Shown piece after piece: positions 9,500 to 17,404 of a DNA stretch of 33,218 nt. The notes below the pieces were generated by a model that was not told the DNA's origin, did no database searches, and was given only the letters and a program-made list of their open reading frames with translations. The stretch's first letter is position 1, and each line of letters begins with the position of its first letter. This DNA is from an uncultured Clostridium sp. (GTDB lineage: Bacteria; Bacillota; Clostridia; TANB77; CAG-508): positions 1 through 33,218 of the forward strand of contig CAOJZE010000003.1 in NCBI GenBank assembly GCA_948466095.1, written 5' to 3'. The position numbers and the translations under genes are program-made.

Positions 9500-11291
9500 C
9501 CTTTTCTGATGACAACACATTATGGCTAGTCTTTTGTGTACCTAAATTCAAAATGTTACAGCTATTTACAAAACTTTGACTACACAGCATTTTCTTTTGA
9601 TTTTCTGCTATTTTGGTATTTAATAAGTTAATTTCAATCGTGTCTCCTTCTCCATAAGCACTTTCTATCAATAAGTTTAGAATGTCTTTTTTAGATTTCA
9701 AGTCAAAGGTTTCAAATATATCAAAGCAATTGTCTATGATATTTAATATGTATTTTGAACCTTTGCTTAACTTTGTGTTCATCTTCTTGTTTTCACTTTT
9801 TGAATGTTCCAAAACATCAATTTTATTTTTTAATTCTTCTTTTTTATTTTGTGCTTTTATTAATTCTTGATTGATAATGCTAATTACAGAAATATCAATG
9901 TATTTTACTTTTTCAGCTAAATCTTTGATTTCCTTTTCGTTTTTCTCATATTCTTTTTTTAGTGTTTCCATTTCTGCTGTTATATCTTCTTTTTGATTGC
10001 TATTAAATGCCATATTTTTTAATTCTTGACAAACTGCTGAATTTGGTACAAATATGTCTTTTAAAATTTTAATAAAATTATTATCTAATTCATTTCCTTT
10101 TACATTATGAGAATTACAATTTATTCTCCTTGTTCTGTCTTTTTCTCTACAAACATAATAATAGGTTGTTGTTCCATCTTTATTTTTTCTGTTTGATTTT
10201 GGTATCATCTTATTACCACATTTTTTACATCGTAATATTCCAGAGAATATTGTTTCATTGGTAGGATTGGCACTTGCTCGATAAGATTTATCTTTGTTTT
10301 TTTCTAATAATTCTTGTACTTGTACCCACTCTTTTCCTGTTACATATCCTTTATGCAATCCAACTGCTATAATCCAATCTTTTAATGGTCTATCTTTTTT
10401 GTTATTATCTGTTTTATTGTAAGCAATAATTCCATATTTTCCATCAAACTTTTGCCTTCCATCTTGCTCTGCATATATGTTTTGACCTCTATTCTTAAAA
10501 TATTGTAAGATGACATGATCATTTTGACTATATACTGGATTAGTAAGTATGTTTTTTAATGAGTATTTTCTAAATTCTTTGCCTTTTCTAGTATAGATTT
10601 TATTTTTTAATAGGTAATATTCTAATCCTGCTAAAGATTTGCATTCTAAGTATTTTCTAAAAATTAGTTGTACTTTTTGCTTTTCTTCTTCATTTATTTT
10701 TAATTTATAAGCTTTTTTGTTTTTCTTTTCTACTGTATTTGAACTTGTATTTTCTTCTGTTATTTGCATTATTTCGACTTTTTCTGAATCAAATCCAAGT
10801 GGTGTATCTCCTCCTAACCATCTTCCTGTTTTGGCAAGTTCTAACATATTGTCTCTTATTCTTTCTGCTATGACTTCTCTTTCTAGTTGTGCAAATACAG
10901 ATGCTATGTACATCATGGCTCTTCCCATTGGTGTTGTTGTGTCAAACTGCTCTTTTATGGATATAAAACTTGTATTTAGTTTGTTTAATTCATTCATTAA
11001 ACTAGAAAAATCGGCTATATTTCTACTGATTCTGTCTAACCTATAACTAATTAATATATCAAAAGGTTCTTCTTTTTCTTGTTCTAAAAATTGTTTGAAT
11101 TTTGGTCTTTCTATATTTCCTCCTGAAAATCCTTCGTCTTCAAATATGGTAGTTTGTATTTCATATTCATTTTCTGGATAGTTCTTTTTGATATATTCTT
11201 TGGCTAGTTCTATTTGATTTCCTATGGAATCTCCTTTTTCTGAATATTTTGATTTTCTTGAATATATGGCTATTCTAAGTTTTTTCTTCAT
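9465..11291 (-). CDS. Large serine recombinase (resolvase, recombinase and zinc-ribbon domains)
   Basis: AIYSRKS catalytic motif, DEGFSG, RLDRISR, AQLERE, CKKCG...YYVC zinc ribbon, coiled coil. The 3' end crosses the att core. Confidence 0.95.
   Translation of the reverse strand: MKKKLRIAIYSRKSKYSEKGDSIGNQIELAKEYIKKNYPENEYEIQTTIFEDEGFSGGNIERPKFKQFLEQEKEEPFDILISYRLDRISRNIADFSSLMNELNKLNTSFISIKEQFDTTTPMGRAMMYIASVFAQLEREVIAERIRDNMLELAKTGRWLGGDTPLGFDSEKVEIMQITEENTSSNTVEKKNKKAYKLKINEEEKQKVQLIFRKYLECKSLAGLEYYLLKNKIYTRKGKEFRKYSLKNILTNPVYSQNDHVILQYFKNRGQNIYAEQDGRQKFDGKYGIIAYNKTDNNKKDRPLKDWIIAVGLHKGYVTGKEWVQVQELLEKNKDKSYRASANPTNETIFSGILRCKKCGNKMIPKSNRKNKDGTTTYYYVCREKDRTRRINCNSHNVKGNELDNNFIKILKDIFVPNSAVCQELKNMAFNSNQKEDITAEMETLKKEYEKNEKEIKDLAEKVKYIDISVISIINQELIKAQNKKEELKNKIDVLEHSKSENKKMNTKLSKGSKYILNIIDNCFDIFETFDLKSKKDILNLLIESAYGEGDTIEINLLNTKIAENQKKMLCSQSFVNSCNILNLGTQKTSHNVLSSEKGSRCCNDSCDC
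9492..9519. other. att junction of element 1, recombinase-proximal end
   Basis: Core tctgctcc followed by the attP half-site cccc-N11-caaca. Confidence 0.85.
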
Positions 11292-11359
11292 TTTTCCCCC
11301 TTGCTTAACTTATATTAAAATTTATTCTGTTATTTTGTTTTACATACTTTAAAGCAATA

Positions 11360-11395
11360 AAAAAAGAACTACTATTTTTTATTTTAGTAATTCTT
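11360..11395 (-). terminator. Terminator hairpin, copy 1 of a 36-bp direct repeat
   Basis: AAAAAAGAACTACTATTTTTTATTTTAGTAATTCTT, identical to 12799-12834. Confidence 0.7.
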
Positions 11396-11408
11396 TGTTT
11401 TATTATTT

Positions 11409-12674
11409 CTAAAGTAATTCAATTGGTATTAAATTATTATCTTTATCAATTGGAAATATATCTTTTGTTAAACATATTACTCCACCATTTCCTATTTCCA
11501 TTCCAAATTTTTGTGTAACATCAAAATTCTTTACTGCTTGTTTTCCTGGGTTATAGCTTTTCTTTATTTCTAACGGATATACCTTATTATTATAGATAAT
11601 AATTAAATCTATTTCTTTTCCATTATTATCTCTATAATAATATAAATATTTTCTGCTATCTAAACCTTGGTTTGAAAATGATTTAATAATTTCTGTTACA
11701 ACATAAGTTTCTAAAATTGCGCCATTAAATGCACTTCTTTCTAATGTTATACTGTCCATATATCCTGCTAAAAAACAAGCCAGTCCAGTATCCATAAAAT
11801 AAATTTTAGGTCTTTTTACTATTCTAGATACATTATTGTTTGAATATGGTTGTAATAAATACACTAATCCTGTACTTACTAAAATAGATAACCAATTTTG
11901 TGCTGTCATATTGTTTATTTCTATGGAATTTGATATGTCATTTATGTTTAATTCCTGTCCTGTTCTTACTGCGATTGATTCAATAAATTTTAGAAATTTT
12001 GTTTCATCTTTTACATTAATAAGTTCCCTTATATCTCTTTCTATATATGTTTTTATATAAGTTTCAAAAAAGTCTTTTGGCTCTATGTTGGGATTTGAAT
12101 ATAATTCTGGATAACTTCCCTTTATTATTTTTTTATATAATTTATCAACTTCTAATCTATTTGTCTTTTCTCTTTTTTCAAGTTCTTCATATATTGGTAA
12201 AAACATTTTATCCTTTTTCTTCTCTATTTCCCTATTTGATAATGGATATAGTTCTAATATTCCAACTCTCCCTGCTAAAGATTCACTAACATTTTTCATG
12301 GTATGAAATACTTGTGAGCCTGTTAAATAGTATAATCCAGATGCTTCCACTTCTTTATTTTCTAAATGTTGTTGTCTTTTTTCATCTACTATTATTTTGA
12401 TATAAGATAATAATTTAGGTGCATATTGGAATTCATCTATTATTAGTGGTGGTTTATATCTTTCTAAAAATATTTCTGGTTCTTCAATAGCTAATGCTCT
12501 TATTGATAAATTATCTAAAGATATATAATTTATTTTTCCTTTTTCTTGTTTTTGTATATTATTTAATAGTGTAGTTTTTCCCACTTGCCTCGAACCTGTA
12601 ATCATTATAACTGGAAATGCTTTTGCTAATTTATTAAGTCTTTCTTCTATACTTCTTTCAATATAATCACTCAT
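11409..12674 (-). CDS. AAA_14 / DUF4143 family ATP-binding protein
   Basis: GSRQVGKTT Walker A, IIDEFQ Walker B, LTGSQ, PKIYFMDTGLA, and C-terminal YYRD...EIDL...LEIK. Confidence 0.88.
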   Translation of the reverse strand: MSDYIERSIEERLNKLAKAFPVIMITGSRQVGKTTLLNNIQKQEKGKINYISLDNLSIRALAIEEPEIFLERYKPPLIIDEFQYAPKLLSYIKIIVDEKRQQHLENKEVEASGLYYLTGSQVFHTMKNVSESLAGRVGILELYPLSNREIEKKKDKMFLPIYEELEKREKTNRLEVDKLYKKIIKGSYPELYSNPNIEPKDFFETYIKTYIERDIRELINVKDETKFLKFIESIAVRTGQELNINDISNSIEINNMTAQNWLSILVSTGLVYLLQPYSNNNVSRIVKRPKIYFMDTGLACFLAGYMDSITLERSAFNGAILETYVVTEIIKSFSNQGLDSRKYLYYYRDNNGKEIDLIIIYNNKVYPLEIKKSYNPGKQAVKNFDVTQKFGMEIGNGGVICLTKDIFPIDKDNNLIPIELL

Positions 12675-12798
12675 ATTCTCACCTTCTTTTTATTATTTAT
12701 TCTATTTATATTATATACTTTATTATATTTTTTTGCAACATTTTTATACATATTTATATTAATACTATATTTTTGTATAAACATTGTTCTTGAATTAT

Positions 12799-12834
12799 AA
12801 AAAAGAACTACTATTTTTTATTTTAGTAATTCTT
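12799..12834 (-). terminator. Terminator hairpin, copy 2 of the 36-bp direct repeat
   Basis: Identical to 11360-11395. Confidence 0.7.
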
Positions 12835-12900
12835 CCATATTTGTTAAATTCATAGGCAAAAATCACATTTGTAAATTTAATTCAAATCTTTCTATAAAGC

Positions 12901-13607
12901 CTATCCATTCGCCTTTTTCGTTTTTAACTCCTTAATTTTATTTTTAATTTCCTCATTTAAATTTGTACCAATTTTTTCTTCTGCATTATTGATAGCTATA
13001 TTTAAAGTTTCAACACTTAACTTGTTTTTTAATTCTATTAACACCTTATGATAAGATGAAGCTGAGCTATCAAGAAATTGTTTTAATTCAATATAAATAT
13101 CTGTATGACTATCTTTTTTACTTAACGGTTCCACACTTAATGCCATCCATTTTTCATCTTTAAAAGCTTCTCCATGATCAAACATAGGAACTAAACTTGC
13201 TTGGTTCACATCTTCTTCTATAACCCAATTTGATTTATTCCTATCTTCATTCAATAGTAATATATCTAATATATGTACTATACACAATTGATCCATTATT
13301 CTTATTACAATCTTCCATGTTTTTTAAAATCATTTGAAATAACGCCATAATGTCCATTTATATAAGCCAAATCATATTTTATATTTGGCATTCCAATTTT
13401 ATCTAACATCTCATTTACGAGCAATTCTGTAATAGCCTCTTGATATGAACATTCTTTAAAATAATATTGACTGTTATTAAATTTAATAATGAATTTCAAT
13501 TTTTTTGAACTAATTGAAACTTCTTGAACTATCCCTTGTTTAGTTAATTCTTCTATATTTTTTTGTAGTAGTGTCTCTAAATCTACAAATCCATCTATAC
13601 GTTCCAT
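12901..13607 (-). pseudogene. HipA-like / protein-kinase-like gene split into two fragments
   Basis: N-lobe YYFK...ELLVNEML...YDLA...GVISNDF (13305-13607) and C-lobe DILLLNEDRNKSNW...PMFDHG (12901-13296). Out of frame, and the linker appears shortened. Confidence 0.6.
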
Positions 13608-13615
13608 TATTCCCC

Positions 13616-14375
13616 TCATTTATTTTTATTTCTTCTATACATTCCTGTTGTCAACTCTAATATATAATTTTCCAGACTAGGACTACTATTTTTCTTTGCA
13701 ATTTCTATCTCCTTATTTATATCATAAGGTAGTCTTACAAATTGTATAGAAAGAGAGTTTCTATCTTTACTTCCAAAATTGCCTTCTAATATTGTATAAT
13801 ATGCTTGTGTAGTTTCAGACATATCTTTTATATTTTCATCATGATTTAAGTTTTCTACTACATTTCCAACACTTCCAACATTAACAAGTGTTTTATTAAA
13901 AAACTTCTGCATATATTGTATATGAATATCACCATATAAGATTATATCTGGAATTATTCCGTTCTCATCTTCAAATAATGTCATCTTATCTTCCACATTG
14001 TCAAAATCCAAAATTCTAAAATTAGTATCATTTTTTGAAGCATGAAACATTCTAATTAAGCTCCCACTCATATAAAAGTCATAATACATTGGAAGTTCAT
14101 TTAAGTATTTCAGTCTTTCTTCTCCCAACTTTTCTCTATGCCATATTTTATGATCTGTAGTTCCGTTTATTGCGCCCTCATCAGCATTGCCTTTTACAAT
14201 AACTTCACATTCTTGTCTTGCTATATCTACAACCTCACATGGCGAAGAACCTCTTAAAACTAAATCTCCTGCACAAAAAATTCTTTTTATTCCGTCTATT
14301 ATGTATATCTTCCAAAACTGTTTTAAAAGCTGTTATATTACTATGTATATCAGATATTATTGCTATTCTTTCCAT
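13616..14375 (-). CDS. Calcineurin-like metallophosphoesterase; needs a +1 shift at CGG-A (14291-14294); 252 aa when joined
   Basis: MERIAIISDIHSN...EDIHNR, then the +1 frame GIKRIFCAGDLV...VKGNAD...MFHAS...YGDIH...NVGSVG. All metallophosphoesterase motifs appear in order only after the shift. Confidence 0.87.
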
Positions 14376-14455
14376 TTATTTCTACCTTTCAATCATTGTT
14401 TAATTATACTACTTCACACACTATCTTAATTTCTAACGTTACCTTAATTTTATCT

Positions 14456-14764
14456 CTACTTTTCATAAATGACTACTCCTGTGTTTTCTATTTCTTTTTC
14501 TATTTTTGAATTTTTATCAATTTCTGTCTTTTCAATAACATCAACTTCTTTGTCTAGTTTTTCTCTTATTTTATCTACTATAGCAAAAAATTTTAACCCT
14601 CTTATTTTGCCTTTGCTATCAATTAATATATCTATATCACTATTTTTAGTGGGCTTATTCTTGGCATAAGAACCAAATAATATGGCTTTTTCAACTTCTG
14701 TATTTGCTAAAATTTCATATACCATATTTTTTATATCTTCAATAGAATAGATTTTTGTAGTCAC
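14456..14764 (-). CDS. Minimal nucleotidyltransferase (MNT / MntA-like antitoxin)
   Basis: LFGSYAK...SDIDILI...EVDVI motif, 102 aa, AGGAGG RBS. Confidence 0.88.
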   Translation of the reverse strand: MTTKIYSIEDIKNMVYEILANTEVEKAILFGSYAKNKPTKNSDIDILIDSKGKIRGLKFFAIVDKIREKLDKEVDVIEKTEIDKNSKIEKEIENTGVVIYEK

Positions 14765-14831
14765 ATACTTATCCTCCTTAATTTCTTCTTTTTTAGTATA
14801 GCATAATTTATTTTAAGTTACTATCATTTAC

Positions 14832-14993
14832 TTAATTATTTTGTAAATATTCTAAAATTTCATTTTTTACTTGTATTTTTTCTTCATAACTCATATCTAA
14901 TTTTTCAATGCTTTCTTCAATTAACAAAGCTTTTATAAATGCTAAATTATGTATATAATTCTTGCTATTTCCTGTATTAATGTTTATCTGCAT
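14832..14993 (-). CDS. 53-aa protein, candidate recombination directionality factor
   Basis: MQININTGNSKNYIHNLAFIKALLIEESIEKLDMSYEEKIQVKNEILEYLQNN with a GAGGTG RBS. Clearly homologous to 21583-21744. Below the ORF-track cutoff. Function is inferred. Confidence 0.75.
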   Translation of the reverse strand: MQININTGNSKNYIHNLAFIKALLIEESIEKLDMSYEEKIQVKNEILEYLQNN

Positions 14994-15011
14994 CTTACAC
15001 CTCTTATTTTA

Positions 15012-15039
15012 AATGTATGCCTATTATTTTAGGTTATTC
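15012..15039 (-). promoter_or_regulatory. SigE-type promoter upstream of the 53-aa gene
   Basis: Minus strand GAATAA-14 nt-CATACATT, just upstream of the RBS. Confidence 0.55.
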
Positions 15040-15228
15040 AAATATTTGAGTTAATTTTTTACTAACAACTTTTAGGCATAAATCGGCTATATAACATTTT
15101 AATGATGTTATATTTTCGCCTTCATTATATAAGAGTGCAATTTAAGAAAAATGGAGGTCAAATATATAAGTAGCATGATAATTTTCTACTTTTACTTGAT
15201 TTTTCAATGTTTCTTCCTTTTTAGAAAA

Positions 15229-15260
15229 TGTTGTCTTCATGGAAGGGGTGTTTCTGCTCC
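15229..15260. other. att junction of element 1, promoter-proximal end
   Basis: tgttgtcttcatggaagggg-tgtt-tctgctcc: attP half-site plus the shared core. Confidence 0.85.
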
Positions 15261-15482
15261 TTGCCCAGTTGTTAATTCTATATCCATTCCATTTTCTTTA
15301 AAATATCCATTATTAATAGCCACATATTGTGGTGCATAGAAAACAGAACGGGTTACCTCATTTACTTTTATTGTCTTCAAACCTTGATTATTTTTATTTC
15401 TCTGGTTTATAATTGTTCCTACTATGCTAAATAACATCGCAAGAATTACTATAATTACAATTATCAAAAATTTCTTTTTCAA
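15253..15482 (-). CDS. 5' part of interrupted ABC substrate-binding protein (YtlA-like)
   Basis: TTG start after AGGAGG, N-terminal hydrophobic anchor, IKVNEVTRSVFYAPQYVA...IELTTGQGA, then element-derived ETPLP-stop at 15237. Confidence 0.88.
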
Positions 15483-15512
15483 ATTTCTTCCTCCTTTTAT
15501 CATAATTTTATA

Positions 15513-15631
15513 AGATGGAGATGATTTTGGGGACGGAGGAAAAAATCGTGATGGATTTTTGATATATTGATTTAACTATTAATATAAACGAATCATGATT
15601 TTTTCCTCCGTCCCCAAAATCATCTCCATCT
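15513..15631. repeat. 40-bp inverted repeat (1 mismatch), REP/MITE-like
   Basis: AGATGGAGATGATTTTGGGGACGGAGGAAAAAATCGTGAT (15513-15552) pairs with 15592-15631 across a 39-bp AT-rich spacer. Confidence 0.8.
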
Positions 15632-15639
15632 CAAAATCA

Positions 15640-16450
15640 TTATTTAAATTTTTTTGCGTGTAGGATAAATTTTTCTAAGAATAGTACAGCTGCATACATA
15701 ATGCCAGCTACAATACCTAATATAATTACACTTGCCATAACCAAGTCTAATTTAAACACTTGCCCTCCATAGACAATTAAATATCCCAGTCCTGCCTTGG
15801 ACACTAGAAATTCTCCCGAGATAACGCCTACTAACGAAAGCCCTATATTGACTTTTAATGAGTTAATAAAGGTAGAAAGATTAGCCGGTATGACAATCTT
15901 CGTTAGTATTTGAAACTTGCTTGCTTTAAAAGTTTTTGCCATTTTAATGACTTCTTGGTCTGTTTTTAAAAATCCATTTAGATTTTCCAAAATTGTTACA
16001 ATTAAAGCAATAGCCACTGCCATTACAATAATTGCTGGCATTCCTGCTCCCACCCATATAATAATAACTGGTCCGCAAAGCCACTTTTGGTAAGCTATTT
16101 AATACTACCAAATAAGGCTCTGCCACTTTTGATAGAAAATTTGACCACCATAGAATAATAGCAATGATAATACCTAATCCAGTACCAAGTAAAAAACCAA
16201 CTACAGTTTCATATACTGTAACGCCAATATGTTTCATCAAATCATTGGAACTTAGATTCGTAAAAGTTTCCCATATTCTACTAGGTTGGCTCATAATAAA
16301 ACTATCTATTATTTTTTGATTGGCTAGTATCTCCCATACAGCAAGAAATCCTACTAATATGGCAATTTGTGTTAACCATACCATATATTGTTTATATTTT
16401 TTATTTTTTAAATATTGTTTTCTTTCTTTTGAAATTAGTTGTTTATTCAT
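15640..16450 (-). CDS. ABC transporter permease (SsuC/TauC-like, YtlD-like); needs a +1 shift at CGG-A (16072-16075); 269 aa when joined
   Basis: EPYLVVLNSLPKVAL, then the +1 frame GPVIIIWVGAG... with an EAA-like loop MAKTFKASKFQILTKIVIP and GEFLVSKAGLGYLI. Confidence 0.9.
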
Positions 16451-17210
16451 CGACTCCTAGCTCCTTCCATAAAGTATTGAAATATTGGCTAAAGGTAGGT
16501 TTTTCTCTACAATTAATTGGATTTCTATTTTCCATATCAAATTCAATTTTATGAATATCCTTTACGGTTCCCGGTCTAGCATTTAATACAACGACTCGAT
16601 CCGACATGCTAATAGCTTCTGAAATGTCATGTGTCACCATAAGAGCAGTAATTCCTTCCTTTCGTAAAATGTTATAAATATCATTGGTCACCATGATTCT
16701 AGTTTGATAGTCTAGTGCTGAAAAAGCTTCATCTAATAATAAGATTTTGGGTTTGACTGCCAATGTTCTAATAAGGGCTACTCTTTGTCTCATACCTCCT
16801 GATAATTCAGATGGATATTTATCTTTAAAGTCATATAAATCATATTTTTTCAATAATTCCTCTACATAGGCTTTTGCTTCTTTGTTCTTTTTTCCTTTTA
16901 TTTCTAATCCAAACATGGTATTACTTAATATGGTTTTCCATTCTAATAAGCAGTCTCTTTGTAGCATATAACCTACTTTAGGTGATATGCCTTCCACTTT
17001 TTCTCCTTCTATGTAGATTTCTCCTGATGTTTTGTCTTCTAGACCTGCTATAATAGATAAAAGAGTAGATTTTCCACATCCACTTGGCCCTATGATACTT
17101 ACAAATTCTCCTTTTTTGACTCTTAAATTGATATTTTGAATGGCTAGTATTTCGCCTTCTTTGTTTTGGTATTTTTTGGTTACATTTTTCACTTCTAGTA
17201 TTTTTTCCAT
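16443..17210 (-). CDS. ABC transporter ATP-binding protein (SsuB/TauB-like, YtlC-like)
   Basis: GPSGCGKS, LSGGMRQR, LLLDEAFSALD and VTHD motifs. ATG 17210 follows AGGAGG. Confidence 0.93.
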   Translation of the reverse strand: MEKILEVKNVTKKYQNKEGEILAIQNINLRVKKGEFVSIIGPSGCGKSTLLSIIAGLEDKTSGEIYIEGEKVEGISPKVGYMLQRDCLLEWKTILSNTMFGLEIKGKKNKEAKAYVEELLKKYDLYDFKDKYPSELSGGMRQRVALIRTLAVKPKILLLDEAFSALDYQTRIMVTNDIYNILRKEGITALMVTHDISEAISMSDRVVVLNARPGTVKDIHKIEFDMENRNPINCREKPTFSQYFNTLWKELGVDE

Positions 17211-17239
17211 TGTTTTCCTCCTTGTCATTTATCCTAATA

Positions 17240-17267
17240 TATTTTATGTTAAATTAACAAAATGAGT
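17240..17267 (-). promoter_or_regulatory. SigK-type promoter of the ABC operon
   Basis: Minus strand AC-17 nt-CATAAAATA matches the sigmaK consensus AC-N16-18-CATAnnnTA. Short motif in AT-rich DNA. Confidence 0.5.
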
Positions 17268-17370
17268 TCTTACCATATAAAAAACGAATTCCTCCTACTA
17301 GGATAAATCGTTGTCAAAATCTTTGATTTTGTGCCAACGATTATATGTGTAACAAACTTTCTTACAATAT

Positions 17371-17397
17371 AAAAAAACAGACCTAGTTTGGTCTGCT
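17371..17397 (-). terminator. Intrinsic terminator of the Rpn gene
   Basis: Minus strand CAGACC-AAACTA-GGTCTG followed by a U tract. Confidence 0.65.
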
Positions 17398-17404
17398 AAT
17401 TTGC

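Larger units (their letters stand above)
9500..15260 (-). mobile_element. Element 1: 5,761-bp serine-recombinase gene-interrupting element
   Basis: 8-bp direct repeat tctgctcc at 9492-9499 and 15253-15260. The reconstituted attP has inverted arms TGTTGTCATCAGAAAAGGGG / CCCCTTCCATGAAGACAACA. Recombinase gene at one end. Confidence 0.92.

Noticed and set aside
9500-9520. Element-supplied ATG restarting the binding-protein 3' fragment
   Set aside because: No ribosome-binding site, and the product would lack its anchor and first domain segment.
11360-12834. 36-bp repeats as CRISPR repeats or IS ends
   Set aside because: Only two copies 1.4 kb apart, terminator-shaped, with no cas or transposase gene between them.
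13290-13330. Kinase split as another programmed frameshift
   Set aside because: No CGG-A at the break, rejoining needs a -1 shift, and the inter-lobe segment looks deleted. Treated as decay.
17306-17342. Hairpin AATCGTTG...CAACGATT upstream of the ABC operon as a riboswitch
   Set aside because: It lies upstream of the predicted promoter and matches no riboswitch consensus I recognise.
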